From the NCBI GenBank assembly GCA_013239625.1, contig MU054323.1:806001-870000 (forward strand): a stretch of DNA of 64,000 bases, read 5' to 3'. The number at the start of each line of letters is the position of its first letter. The first letter of the stretch is position 1. The position numbers and the translations under genes were made by a program. Under the pieces are notes generated by a model that worked only from the letters and a program-made list of their open reading frames with translations, made no database searches and was not told the origin of the DNA. Positions 12,050-25,845 of the stretch are shown one piece after another. This DNA is from Lama guanicoe (Eukaryota).

Positions 12050-13700
12050 TGAGCACGGACTCCGCTTCTGCAGTGTCTCACGTCGCTCCCCCCTCCCCTC
12101 CCACTGCTGCTGCCCTAATTTAGGCCCTTATTATCTTTCAACTGGATGGTTTTGCACACGTGGCTGGCAACTCTTCCCAAAGCGGCAGAGCTATCACTGC
12201 GTCACCCCACGGCTCCAAAGCCTTAAATGATTTCTCCATTGACCAAGAAATAAAGCCCAGCATCTCATTTCTAACGCCCTCTTCACCTGGCCAAAAGTCT
12301 AGCCTCACCTTCTTTTTCTCCTTCCCAGGCCCCACCCTCCAGCTCTGTGTCACCTTTCCAGCTGTTACACCTGCAGGCCCCTGCTCTTCTGTTTCCCTCT
12401 GTCTAGAAGAGTCTTCTCTCTACTTAACTCTATAACTGCAAACCCTATTCATCCTTCAAGACCAAATTCAAAGGCCTATCCAACTATGGTCTTAATCTTG
12501 ACCCCCAAGGAAAATTCCTGTCCTCTGAGCTCCCATAATTTTCCCATCTCAATCTCCTTCTTTTGCTATGAGATCCTATAAGCGCTGCCTTACTCCTCAG
12601 GCTGTAAGACAGATGAGGGCAGAGGAATCCCCAACTGACTTGGCAGATTTATTCCATCTAGATCAGTGTTGAGACATAGGAGGTGCTCATTCACGTTACA
12701 CAGGCACATCGTACACAGTGAGGATGGCTGCAAGATTGCAGACATGCAGCAAGTTCGTGGCGGCACAGCTATCCAAAGACACCAGATGAGTGTGGTGTCA
12801 TTAAAGGAGTGTACCGTATGCAGAGGAGGCAGGCTGCGTGGGCTAGGGTCAGAGGTGGATGACCCTAATGGCCTCCACGATGAGAAATCTAATGGTCAAC
12901 TTTCATCTTTCCTAGACTGTCAGCAATTGTGCACAACTGAGTCATCATCCCTTCTAGAAAGCCTTAAAATAACAGTCTTTTATTTTTCCTCCCACTTAAT
13001 GTCTGCTCCTTCCCAGTCTCCTTGGCTGGTTCCTTCTCTCTCTTTCTTTTTTTTTTAATCCCCAGAAGTCTTGACCTTGGCATTCCCTAGGACTCAGATC
13101 TTCAGTCTCTTCCCTATCAGGACTCATGCCTTTGGTGATCTCACCCGGTGTTATGGCTTTAATATCATCTCTATTTTGATACAAGTCTCAGATGCGTATT
13201 TCCAGCTTTCACCTCCCCCGGCTTGTGGTCACCACCGCCTGCTCAAAACCCACACTTGAAGTCTCAACTCAAACTTACCATGGCCCCAAACCGAACTCCC
13301 TATCTCTGCTCCCAATTCTGCTTCATCCACTTTCTTTCTCATCTCAGCTAATGACAATTCCATCCTTCCAGTTTCACAGGACAAGATTATTGAGTCATCT
13401 CAGCCTCCTCTTTATTTCACGTCCCACATCCAATCCTGCAGGAAATTCTTCTGGCCTTACCTTTCAGACACATCCAGCACGGATCCAAACGTATGCCCTT
13501 TACTCTGCTTCATTTTTTCTCCATGCTCTTTTGACCTTCTAAGAAACTACAAGGCAATAAATATTACTTTATTACCTTTTCCTATTATCACTAAAACTTT
13601 ACTATCTGTTTTTTCTCACTAATGTGTCATATCCCCAGTGCCTAGAATTATGCATGGCACAAAGTAGGCATTCAATAAATATTTGTCAAATGCACGAATT
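12050..13700 (+). mobile_element. L2 LINE remnants (two adjacent pieces, about 12050-12700 and 12860-13700)
   Basis: Motifs aaatctaatggtcaact, tttggtgatctcacc...atggctttaatatcatct, cccacatccaatcc, and the L2 3' end cccagtgcctagaa...ggcacaaagtaggcattcaataaatatttg. Confidence 0.8.
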
Positions 13701-15689
13701 ACTTCAGCGGCTTAACAATAGATAGCATTTAGCCCCAGAGGAAGGCAGCTGAATGGCCTCTGCAGGCAGAGACACAGAGAAGCAAGGGCCTGGAGAGAGA
13801 ACCTTCTCCAACATCTGAGGGTGCAACAGTGTTGCAAAAGCCTGCCTGCATGATGCAAAACCACCCAAGAAGCAGACCTGAGTCGTTTCCAGCTGGTCCA
13901 GACCAGCCAAGGAAGTTTTCAAGGGACTTCAGTGGACAACTACTTTTGTTTTGTGTGAAAAATAAATACAATCAAAGTGGAAATGAAACACGCAAAAGTT
14001 GGTAAATAAACGCCTAAACATCCCCTCTACAATTCTGTTTGCATTATACATTTCCCTACTTTTTTTCCCCTAAAATATTACAAAGACTTTAGCCCTAGTT
14101 CTTTTTTCTGTCCACAGTCACCCACAATCAGATACCCTGTAAGCAAGTGTTCAGAGCCAGGCCCGTGTCAGTCCCGCCCCCTGTCATACTTTCAGTGCCC
14201 ACCCCGGCATAGTAACTGTTTCAGAATTATTTATTCAATGAATAAAAAATGAGTGAATGCCTTCTGATTGTCTCCTGCCAAGACCAGTTCCACGATGTAA
14301 AAATATATTCTGAGGAAGAACTCTCCACCAGAATTGTCCTCACGGCTGAAAAAATACATCAACCCTCACTCCCCCTGCCCCCCGGCACCTAAACAGCGCC
14401 TGGTTTCCAGCAGACATTCGAGCAGGATTTGATGGCTGAAAGTCAAGTTCATCTACACGCAGACCTGGATGTGGGAAAGGGCGCTGAGGTACATCCCTCT
14501 TCTTTACCCTGAGCCAGCATCTCAGCATTTCTACTCTGCTGCTGGGATTCGATCCGGGGCAGAGAGTTACCGTGGGGCAGAGTAGAGCACCCCGCTCAGT
14601 CATGGTGTCCACCTGGCCGTCCAGGGAGGTCACGACTGGGATCCGAAGGGCTCATCTCTAAAATCAGGCCTTTCAGTGGATGCGCTGAGTCACAGAAGCC
14701 TCAGCGTTTGCATCCACAGGAAAGGGAATTATCACACCGGTGGGCCACACGAGGACTGGGAAGACCCTTTGAAGACTGACCTCACCGAGTTCTAGCTTGG
14801 CTGATCACATCTTCTCCCGGCACGCCCTGCCGTGTCCCCAGGGAGACGTGCCACGTGCCACGTCCCCAGGGAGAGCGTGCTCTCCAAGATGCATCTGTCG
14901 AGCAGGCGTGGTGGCTTCTGTTGTTACCAGACGCTTCCTCTAGGCGTGTTTTCTTCACAGATGTCTGTGAAGATACTTGCCACTAACCGAACTCAGAAGC
15001 ATGACTTGGGGCTTTCGGGCTCTGATCAGAGTCAGGAATGCATGGGGCTGGGGAAGTAACATCCTTGGAGGCCACACTTCGATAATCACATGGCAGATGA
15101 ATCCAGCATCACTGTAAATGCTTTCTTCCACCTTTGGGGGGTCTTCAACTTGGAAAGGGGTCAATTACTGCCATGGGAAATAAGGGAAAAGTAGGGCAGA
15201 AAAATAAAGCAGGATGTTCCCAGCCTTGCTGCCCACACACACACAGAGCCACGACCACGAAGCCTCCTGGAGGCCCGCGGCTGGCTGGATTTCCCCCATA
15301 AATGCAAGACTTATCAAGGAAACTGATTATTGGCAAAATGAAAAAGCACGAATTCCCATTTTCGTTGTGGCAGAAATCAGGGGAGAAAGGCTGAGGACAG
15401 GCAGAAGATTCTCGCATCTGAAAGTCATATGTCACTCGACTGCAGATGTTCTGGGGACAACTGGCAGGCGAGCAGGACACATCCATGAGAACCAACATTC
15501 TTTTCATTTTTTTCCCAACACGAGGGTAATTTGATGGCCACTAGCAAAAACCACACATCCTTATGTCCCACATTTATTAGCCTCTAAATTAATGAACCCT
15601 GCCCCCTTCTTGGCTTGTATATTTATTCAACAGACATTAGTTAAGGGGAGCAGGGATGTATCCTGGGTGGTACAAAGGGGATGGGGTTT

Positions 15690-15870
15690 GGAGCCCAGAG
15701 ATCTTGGCTTCAACTAAAACACTCTTGAATAGGGACCTCCCTCTTGGAGTCTCAGTTTCCTCATCTAGTGAAACAGAGCTCGCATGCCACGCCCACCTGG
15801 CAAGACTGTTGAAGGTCAAAGGAGCTCCTACATCACAGACCCACTGCAGCATCTGACACGCAGCAGGCCC
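15690..15870 (+). mobile_element. MIR SINE
   Basis: gtctcagtttcctcatctagtgaaac core plus degenerate flanks. Confidence 0.65.
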
Positions 15871-16915
15871 TCAGACAGAGTTCAGAGTTCTGAACTGACT
15901 GCCTATTAAGTAAAGGGCCTCTGCTACATGCATCACACGTAGTTCTAATTTCAAAGTGGTCATGTTATTGGAAAGGGAGACGGAATGCCTTCACCTACGA
16001 CTCTGACGTAAGGTAGAAAGCAGCCCAAGCGCGAAGACGTCACAAAGAAAATGTTCCTGAGGGTCACACAAGGCAGAGATGATTTACAGCCAGGGACACT
16101 TGGGAATGCTTCCGGGAAGAAGGGATACTTGACACAGGAGGATGCCACAGTTTATTTAAAAGGATAGGGATGGATGATTATTTATTTAGACTTTAATACG
16201 TAGGAAAAGTCCAAGCCATTATGCTTGGCAGTTTGGAGGGTTTAAGAAAAGAAAGCGAAGATGACAAAGACCCCGTGCCTAGGTAATTTATAGCCCAGTT
16301 GGGAAGTGGTCACGTGTGTATATACAGACACACACATGAGTCAGCTGTCCCTGACAATGTGTAACAAATGGCTGATGAATAATTCAGAAACCTGGAGTGG
16401 CTACAATGGGAAGGCAGCCACAGTGCAACCACAAGTGTGCAGGATGGTCTCAAGCAGTAACCAGGAAGCTCTGTTTTTCCCGCCCTGGGTGTCAGTAAAA
16501 CAGATCCGACCACGTGGTAAAGATGCGCTCATTTACACCCTTGGTCTGGGGGACGGCTGAGGGGGTCAGGGTGGCCAGGCCACAAGCAGCTTCACCCGTG
16601 TCCTCTGCGCACTGTACAAAGATGACCAGTTTCCATGTGGCCAGGACATAAGACATGTTGAAAATCCCTAGTCCAGATGATCTCAAAGGACCCTGCTTGT
16701 TCGGTCCACCCATGAAGCAGAGCTCGAGGCTGCCCTGAGAGCGGAGAGGGTTTGCACTGGCTGAACGCGGAGTCTGGGAGGTCCAGCGAAGCCGGTCCAC
16801 GCAAGGGGCGCCCGGGCTCCGGGCACTGCCAGACGCAAGCAGGCACACGCAGGGCTGAAGCCTCCCTACTTCACGTTCTGGTTTCTGTAACTGTTATATT
16901 AGTAAAGGCGGTCTC

Positions 16916-17380
16916 TGTGAGGGTTAATACCGTGTGTCAGCGTGCTGGACTACGAGGTGCCCAGGTACCTGGTTGAACACTTTTCTGGGTGGGTGTGTCT
17001 GAGAGGCTGTTTCTGGGTGAGATGAACACCTGAAATACAGGCTGAGCAAAGCGGAGCTCCCCTCCCCGATGTGAGTGGGCCTGGCACAGTCCCTCCAAGG
17101 CCTGGAGAGAACGCAGGCTGAGCAAAGGGGAAGTCACGCTCTCTGTCTGACTGTCTCCAAGCCGGCATGTCACTTTCTCCTGCCTTCGGATTCGAACCAT
17201 CTACTCCCCTGGTTCTCAGGCCTTTCGATACAAACTAAAGTTACACATCAGCTCTTCTGGGCCTCCAGCCTGCAGACTGCAGGTCTGGGACTCCTCAGAG
17301 ATACATATGTCTGTATATCTGTCTGAACAAACGTATATGTCCTGTTGGTCCTGTTTCTCGGTAGAACCCACACTAATACA
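16916..17380 (+). mobile_element. MLT2D-like ERVL solo LTR
   Basis: Begins TGTGAGGGTTAAT and ends gtcctgttggtcctgtttctc...ACTAATACA, giving TG...CA termini. Internal ccctccccgatgtgagtgggcct and gccttcggattcgaac match MLT2. Confidence 0.85.
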
Positions 17381-17591
17381 TACCAGCTAACAGGGGATGC
17401 ATTAACTTGCTCAAGAAATGAACTTACACCTAGTACAACCTGCTTTCCAAAAAGATGTCTGACAGTCCTGAACTGTGTGAATGCAAATTAGGGGCTAGAA
17501 ACCGAGCCTTCCTGTATCATCACAGTGGATATGGGGCAGACAGTGAATAAGTATATTCAAATACTAAATAATCAACACATGTCTAAATTGT

Positions 17592-17678
17592 ATTTTTTTT
17601 AATATAAGTAGAGTCAGTTTACAAGGTTGTGCCAGTTTCTGGTGTACAGCACAATAGCTCAGTCATACATTCACATAC
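17592..17678 (-). mobile_element. Short L1 3'-end fragment (laurasiatherian/artiodactyl type)
   Basis: tttttttaatataagtagagtcagtttacaaggttgtgccagtttctggtgtacagcac...tcagtcatacat resembles a reversed L1 3' UTR with poly-A. Confidence 0.75.
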
Positions 17679-18627
17679 TTAAATTTGAAGCCGGCCTGGG
17701 ATATGCCCTGAAATCCAAAAGACCTGGTTGAAACACTGGTTTTGACATCTGTGAGCTGCCTGATTGCAGACACACGAGGACCTCAGTCTCTCACCTGTGC
17801 CACCGCTACCTGGGCCTCTTGCCAAGTTACTAAAGGGATAAAGGGATGAGACGCAGCTCGGAGCTTAGTGCACAGCAGGGGTCCAGTCACTGTCAACTTC
17901 CTGTCTCCCTGTGGAGAACCCATTCTACAAGGCTCTGAAGATACAGTCCGGCCTCCCCGTCGGCCCTTCCCTCTCCCGGCTTCATTTACTCCCCCAGACA
18001 GACTCTCCTCTTCGGTCTTTGATCAGCAAAGCATGCTGTCCTCGGGGTCACCCCCCTTCTCTTCCCCCTGCCTGTACCATCCACGCTCTTCCAGCAGATG
18101 TGGACGTGCCTCCCCTCCCCCTCTTTCAGGGGTCTGCTCACCAGACTGCCTTCTCCGAACCACCCACATAAACATGAACCTCTTTCCCCTCTCCTTCCTT
18201 TGCCAAGCTTTACTGAGGGGATGAGGTACGGTCATCACAGTTCCACTGCCCCTGCCCACGCACAGACATGCAAAGCCAAGCCGTCCAGTCTTGGGTAGAG
18301 GCTGACGACAGGGAGCGGGTGGGAGCAACTCACCCACTGGGGAGCCCGGGCGGGATGAACCCTGCATTCTCCTCCCTCTCCACGCCACTGCACGGCTGGG
18401 CAGAGGGCGCCCTCCCCCCCAGGGCATCACCTCTTCTGACCACTAGGACCAGCCTCACACAAACACTTTGAGCCACACAGGAAAGGTTTTCATAAATGCA
18501 CCTTCTCGCCCACTTTGGCCCAAGCAGCTGGGGAGAGAAAGTGGCCTCAGAAAGCATGGCCACGGGACAGTCACAGGGACATTGTGCATCGTCTCACAAC
18601 TGACCGCGATCCTATGTGATGGCAAGA

Positions 18628-18820
18628 ACACACGCTCTGAGTCAGTCTTTGGGGTTCAAGTCCTGGCCCCTCCATTTACTAGCTATTGTAACCTGGGCCA
18701 AGGGCTCAGATGAGAACCTGGGCCAAGGGCTCAGATGAGCCCCTGGGCCTTAGTTTCCTTGCCCATAAAATGGGCATAAATCATAAGGTATGATTTCTAG
18801 GACTGTGGTGAAGAGTAACA
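18628..18820 (+). mobile_element. MIR SINE carrying an internal 25-bp tandem duplication
   Basis: gggttcaagtcctggcccctccatttactagct...ccttagtttccttgcccataaaatgggcataa. Confidence 0.8.
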
Positions 18821-19814
18821 CAGGTGGGAATCCCCCTGACCATCAGTGTCCTTGTGCCCTTGAATGACACACAGAACGCCTCCCCCAGTTAGTGCCAGCA
18901 GAGAGGGAAAGAGTTAAATGTAAATAAGACCTATATTTTCCCCATTGTTACTAAAACACAGCAGTCTCAATCAGCTGTTTTGTCTGGCTAAAACCTGTCC
19001 ATGCTGGTGACGAAAGGGTTAGATGTTGCAGTGGATTTTGAAATTCCTGGACGCTCAGGATGGCATTATTTAAATTAAAGACGTTAGAGAAACGGTACAT
19101 CTCAATGGCAGAATAAAAAGAACAACATTCTATTATTTGTGAGCTCAAAATGCAGTTTACGCTGGCCTCTTGGGAGTGGTCTACTCAAGGTCTTAGGGGG
19201 AACAAGATGACGGTTTGCAAGGCCCCACAGAGGACGTTACACGCATAGGAGACGCCTCCTACCAGGTGGGGTGCTCACCTGCACTGTGACCAGCACCTGG
19301 GGCCCCCGTCAGCCCTCTTGCCCGAGACTGGCTCTGAGCCTGTTTCCCGAGCCACATGTCACACCTGGAGGCCCCACACCTTCCACAGGCTGGCCAGGCA
19401 CGGCTTGACCTGGCCTTCAGAGAGACACAATCAGAGGCCCTGGACAAAGATGGACAACGTCCCTGTGACTGTCCCGTGTGCCTCAAAGGAGCATTGCTTT
19501 GGGAAGCTGCTGTCTGAGTCACCACCACAGCAGGGCAAGCCCCCTGACGGCCTAGGCTCAGGTACAGCAGGGACAAGGACCCTGGAGAATTTTTCAGTGT
19601 CTGCACTGGGTCAGGAGACTGTTTGGAACTGGAGCATGCCACATCCCTTCCTCCTCACCGTCCATGAAGTCCCATACCCCGGCCTCCATCCAAAGCCTCA
19701 TTGCTACCTTTGCTCCCCCTTCTCAAAGACCAGTGACACTGCTGCTCTCTGCCTGCCACTCTTCCTTCTGTACCCGGGTTTGGTCAAGGCTGAAAACTAA
19801 AAAAGATCGTGGGT

Positions 19815-20050
19815 GCACTGAGCACTTTGTGTCAAGCAGGGCTCCGAATGCTCTGCATGCATCACCCTGTTAAATCGTCACAGCACCCCCAAGACAAAGA
19901 TGCAGTTATTAGCATCTATATTTGGCAGATGTGAAAAATGAGGCCCAGAGAGGTTGCGTAACTAGCCCTAGGTCACACAGCTGGGGAGGGGAGGAGTGAT
20001 GGGCCACATCCCCTGCTTGACCTTTGGCCCTGCCCTCAGATCTTGACGCC
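19815..20050 (-). mobile_element. MIR SINE
   Basis: cactgagcacttt...atttggcagatgtgaaaaatgaggcccagagaggttgcgtaactagccctaggtcacacagctg. Confidence 0.8.
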
Positions 20051-20747
20051 TTGGTTTTCGTCCCTCTAAATTTAGCAGACTACCGTGGCTCCCAGCAAGA
20101 CAGGAAGGTACAATAGCAACAAAAGATAGGAATAATAAGTGTTCTGGAAAGCCACAAAGAGAGACGCAACAATGGTCAAAAGTGCAGCGAAGACTGTCCC
20201 TCACAAGGGCAGCGACCATCAACCATGCTGGGGACCTCGGGTTACGCTTGCTCGCACACTGAGAGTTCTTTGATGTCATGGTGTGAGTTCCACCATAAGG
20301 GAAAAAGAGTCTTCAGAGATGTGATTATATTTGGGTTTAAGAATACACTGATAAACCTGTTCTCCTAGCACACAGTTAAAATACACACTTTGCCGAACGT
20401 TCTCATCTGAAATAGACTGGAAACCTTAAGTCTGTTTGACTCTCGGGTTCCCGGAGTTTTGGAGCAGCTGTGACCTCGTGTACTTAATTCAAAACAGCTA
20501 GTACACATCAAATATCTACTATTTTCCAGGCACTGTGCTAGGTTTTACTCCTCACGTATAAGGGTAAATGACTCAAAATGTCTTCCATGCTGGAAAGGCT
20601 ACATTCTAGCATAGCTGAATGTTGGCTCATCCTGTGCAGTCCAGTTGACTTATATATCAACACCAGATATGAGCTCAGTTCCTACTATGCCATCAAATAT
20701 TATTTCACTAAGAACATAACATTCATATCCTGTTTAATAGGTCTACA

Positions 20748-21140
20748 GTGTATGGGTTGTAAAAAGAAGATACAGTCTTTCTGGCTGCCATGTGATTTGC
20801 TTGTACCATGTCCCTTCTCACAGGATGAGAACACAGTTGATATGGAACTTGGCCATTTGCCCTGTTTAGCAAATGGAATGTGAGGAGAATAAAGCAGAAG
20901 CTTCAAAAAGCATCTCAAGCGTCTGCCTCGCTGACTCTCTTCCCTGTCGTGAGGAAGACACATTCCAGGAGGCAGCAGCCCCTTCAGCCCATGTCTCAGA
21001 ATAAGAAATGTGGGGCAGCACCACGGATGCCAACCTGCAGCCCCTGACGTGTGACATAAGTGAGACACTTGTGGCTACACTTGACACTAAGCACTGAAAT
21101 TTGGGGCTTATTTCTTACTGCAGCAACACTGACTGATACA
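20748..21140 (+). mobile_element. Old MLT1 (J/I/K-like) MaLR LTR
   Basis: ttggccatttgccctgtttagcaaatggaatgtgag...ccccttcagcc...cagaataaga and the terminal cactgaaatttggggcttatttcttactgcagcaacactgactgataca. Confidence 0.75.
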
Positions 21141-24100
21141 CCACCGGATGCTGTATTAAGTCATTTCATATTCGCAGGTATTAAGTTGAGGTCATCAAAG
21201 AAGGCTCCACATCCATTCTATGAAGGAGGCCCCGAGGGCCTAAGAGTGGTGAAGTGATGGCCCAAAATCAAATGGCCAAGAGATGAACAAAACTGTATAC
21301 TTTATCACAGCCTAGTGTGATTGAAAACAAGATGGTCTCATCTTTGGTGTAAAAATCTCATTTGCAAACCACGGACTGATGAACATACCAGCCAATCATA
21401 AAGATTTCATTGATCTCTGGTCGGTTCCTGATACCAGGGAATAATGGAGTCAAAGAAGATGAGAAAATACAATAAAAGAGATGAAGTGCTTCCATCTGCA
21501 TTGAACTGAATGGGCTGCGAGCCTCAGCTCTCGTGGCTGAGAGGCGTTCTCTGGCCGCAGGAAGGCTTCCTGAGCTGGACAGCATGACAAATGTCCCCTG
21601 AGTGCCCATCACAGGCCTGGGGCCGGCACTGGGAATGGTGTGTTATTTCACCAGGAAATTCAAACATAAAGAGACCCTGACCTTAAAACCGAGTCAGGGA
21701 CGTAGTCATCCAGGACAGAGGCTCACAGGATCTGAAAAGAGTGACTAATGCACTTGTCTTGTTCCCATTGTTTTAACCTCAAATCCTAGTGTTCTTTGTC
21801 TCAGCTTTATTCTCGACTTTCTCTCTTACTTTCACTTTTTTTAAAAAGCTCCTTTCAATGGGAATGGGTGAGTCACCTTGATCATTTATTTAGACACACT
21901 GCAGGCTCCGTCGGCGCTCTGCCCCGCTTGCTGACGTACGAGGCGCACGGTCTCCACTCTGCAGCGGCTGATCTGCTCACCAGAAAGCCCCATTTTCAGC
22001 AGCTATTTTGGGGTGGGAGGGGGCTGACAGAGCTGGCATCCTGCCTGCTGCTTTTGTTGGTTTCCTACCCTGACCCCAGCAGGCCGACTTCTGACACCTC
22101 CCTCCCCCGTTTACCCACAGGTGCCGTTTTCACATATCACCCCTGGCCTTTCACAGCCTGAGCCACAATCTTGGCCTTTTTTCTTCCATTAGTGTAATTT
22201 CCACCAAAAAAACAATCGGCCCCATGGTGTATAGGTAAACACAGACACGTGTGCGTTTGTAGAGCATTGCACTGAACTGCAGAAAGCAGGCGCTAATAAG
22301 AAGTCAGGAAAAGCAATTCTGAAAGCTGGAAGAAAGCCCAAATAGGCAGTCAGAGGCACACAGGAGAAGCAACGTTTGAGAAGGATGGGAGTCGTGAACA
22401 AAGGTTAGACTTCACCCAAGCCTCTCACAGGTCCCGCGTTGTTATCAGAGGTCCCTCGTGGGCATGTTAGTAACACCCTGCAATGTGTACAGAGCTTTTT
22501 AACTTGTTTTCAAAGCTTGTAACGTTCCTAATATCCCTGGGGGAGGGAAGCCTGCAGGACCAAAGGTCAAGTCCAACAGTGGGAGAAGAGATGAAGGCCC
22601 AGAAAGGCCGTCACTTGCCTTACACAGATCATTGGCAGGTACAGAAGTAACTCTCCATTCTTCTTTTTTTCCCTACTTCTTTTTTTTTTTTGGCAAGGGT
22701 ACTTCTAGATACAAAACATGGTTTCCTAGTATGACAAATGATTATACATTTTATTTCTTTTTTGTAACAAAGGATCTAGGCAACCCTAAAAACTTTGTGT
22801 ATAGTCAGGAAAATGCTGGAGGTACACAGACTCACATGCAAAAACTTGCTACTTTAAAAAATTCATATACATACCACCTTTTTTTAATATCAGGTATTGT
22901 GGCTTTCTGTCTCCCCACCTTTGAATATCTGCCACGTACATTTGAAGCCAAGTCATTCAAGTGATCTTATCCCACGTTCTTTGAAGGATGGTTTTTCTAG
23001 CAAGGCCCACAAAAGCTGTGTTGATCCTCTGTGTCCACACAAGCACCTAGCACGGTGCCTGCACACTTCCGTCGGCAAAAAGGAGTTGTTGAATAATTTA
23101 CAAGACTCATCTTTCCTTTTCCCCATTTTTATTTTTAAACAAAACCACCACCTGACACACCAGCAGGAAAGGAATCCCTTCCCTCCCAATTGTCACTAAT
23201 GGCCACTCCATACTAGAACTATGTCACACTCACTTTGACACACACATACCTCGGGCTGGACACCCAATTTCACCCAATTGTGCCTGGGTGGAATTCCCTA
23301 ATGGCTCTCCAAAGACTTCAGAAGGTCCTCCAGCTTCTGCGTCCACTAATTGCTCTCCCTCCTCTCCGACTATTGGACCAACTGCTCTGAGCTGGGACAA
23401 ACTGTTCTAAGTCTCCATTTGTCCCGAGGATGCAGGATTCAGATTGGGAGCGGATATGAAGGTGGGAGCTGACAGCCATGGGAGCGCCTGACCCCATGGT
23501 GTCCCGGGAGGGCCTCTGCACAGCCCTCCTCTCTCCCGACTTTAGCTGCATCTCCTAAGCTCTTTCTTTGCCTCCGAAGCAGCCCGGGCCTCTCAGAGAC
23601 CAGCGTTCAGCTCCGTGAGGGAAACTCCCCACCAGGGAAAACGCTCTTTTCTTTCCTGAAAGGTCTCCAGAGACAAGGCCTTCCAGGTCCCCGGGGCCCC
23701 CCCAGCTACCCTGAGTCAGCACAGCAGGGAGTGGAAAGTCCTGGCTGGGCTCCTGACACGCTTTGAGGGTTTCTCGAGAGCCTCCCTGCTCCAGCCTGTG
23801 GTCGCCCTTTTGTAAACAGCAGTCCCGGCAGGGATCCGAGGAGCGCTGCTAATCCCCAGGGATTTCTCGTGCAGCCCTCTTCCTCCGGACTCCAGTTAAC
23901 ACTCTCCTCCCCAAGACTTCCACTCCCAGCTTGGTTCTGGGGCCTTATTCTTTCCCTGGCAACCCTCAGATGGTTGTCCAAAAAGGAATTGGCTAATTGG
24001 AGTTTAGAAGTGTGGTATGCCTTCAAAATTCCCATTTTTATCAAAAGAATTGTAAATAACTTTTCATTAGACTCCTTGGCCTTAAGAGGGGAAAAAAAAG

Positions 24101-24314
24101 AAAAAAAGAGGGCAGAATTATCATAAATGCTGCCTCTCCCTCCACCCCAGGCTTGGCGCTAGGTGCTTGGGATGTGAAAACTATGGGTACTTGAGGCCTT
24201 TGGTCCACGGTGCACAGGCCAGTGTGGGGACAGACCAGTGGGAAAGGAGGCTGCAAAGATACAGCCAAGGGTCTTAGTCGGAGGGAGCCTCAGGAGAGAA
24301 CCGAAATCACCAGC

Positions 24315-24790
24315 CAGTCCCTGGCTGTCTCCCTAACCTCCTCTCCTGCCACTTGTCCACCCTGCCACAGCCCCCGGCCTCTGTGCTGTCCCTGTTACGC
24401 CGGGTACATGCCACCCCAGGTTTTGCACTTGCTGACTCTCCGCCTAGAACACGTTTCCCCAAACTAGCTGCGTGGTTCACTCCTTCTCCCTCCCTCCAGC
24501 CTTCCTTCCCAACTTTAAATAGCAACACTTCCCCACCCCAGTTCCCCTGCCCACCTTACTCCACACACCCATCTTTGCTTCATTTTCTTTCATGAACATG
24601 GGACCAGCTAATGCAAGATCCATTTTACCTGTTGATATGTTTATGGCCCATCTTTCTCCAATAGCATATCAGCTCCATGGGGGCAGGGGTTTTGTGTGTT
24701 TGGTTCACTGCTGAAGCTGCAAATACAGACCCAGAGAAGTACCCGACTCACTGTAGGGGCTCAATAAATGAGCTGAGCAAGTGGATGGAT
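24315..24790 (+). mobile_element. L2 LINE 3' end
   Basis: ttttgcacttgctg...cctagaacac, agctccatgggggcaggggttttgtgtgtttggttcactgctg and gtaggggctcaataaat. Confidence 0.8.
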
Positions 24791-24826
24791 GACGGATGGA
24801 TGGATGGATGGATGGATGGATGGATG
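24782..24826. repeat. (GGAT)n microsatellite at the L2 tail
   Basis: Directly visible. Confidence 0.9.
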
Positions 24827-25669
24827 AACTTGGTGAGCACTTGGGGGAGGTTTCCAGGAGAATGAAATACCAGATGTGAATCTCAAAGAATCTGTTCGGG
24901 TAAAGAAAGAGCATCTTGGAAACAGCAGGCGGAACTCATGTGTGATCTTGGGTAAATCACATCACCGTGTTCTCTTCTGTAATATGAAGTTAATGCATAA
25001 TATTGGCAAGTCTGCACTGAGCCAGGAAACTAGAAGAGGAGTCCGAGCCAGCTCAGATGAGCCAAGGACGGCACAGGCTGATGCAAGATGGGAAAAGACA
25101 AGAGGAAACAAGCCACACACAACCACCAGATCGGGCTCTAACGGCAGCAGACGGAGGCTGAGGAAGCCAGGCACCGTGAGGGTGAGAGTCGGGGGGTCAG
25201 TTGGACTAGATTTCATGATTCAACAAGGGGATGCTCTGGTCCTAAACGAAAGGCCACATCCCAAGCCCCTACAGCACCGTATTCTGAATCCTTAATTCAC
25301 AAAGCAAGCCACAACCTCCCGTATGTCATCTGTCTTTGGGTAAATAATTGAATTTACCTGAGTTTTGACCTCTATAAAATGAAGTCCACCACTTCTTCTC
25401 CCATTAAATGACTCATGAAAGTTTCTAGAACAGTGTCTGGCACTTGAGGAGTGAATGGAAAAGTCTGTTACGTGGAAATCTATCATTTGCATGAAGTTTA
25501 CATGAAGGTAGAGAGAGACATGGGACTCAACTCCGGAAGGAGGCAAAGGGCTCCAGCTGGGATGTATTTTCTGAGGCTTAAGCAGAACTGCGGCAGGAAA
25601 AAAAGATTTTCTTTTCCTAAAAAAATAAAATAAAACGGTGCCCTGGAAGCAGGGTGGACTGAGTGGTGT

Positions 25670-25845
25670 GGGAAAGTGCAGGATTTGAGAGCCAGGCAGA
25701 CTTGGATCAAAACCGTGGTGCCCCATTTTCCAACCTATGTCTTAAAGCAAGTTTTTAAAACTGTCTTAGCTTCAGTCTTTCTCTGCGAAAGAGACAGAAA
25801 TATATCTACCATGCCAGGCCGTCTGTAGGGTGAGAAATATATACA
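25670..25845 (+). mobile_element. MIR SINE
   Basis: ggatttgagagccaggcagacttggatcaaa...gcaagtttttaaaactgtcttagcttcagtcttt. Confidence 0.6.

Noticed and set aside
18690..18739. Direct repeats of CRISPR-like length
   Set aside because: Only two adjacent copies with no spacers and no cas genes, in mammalian DNA
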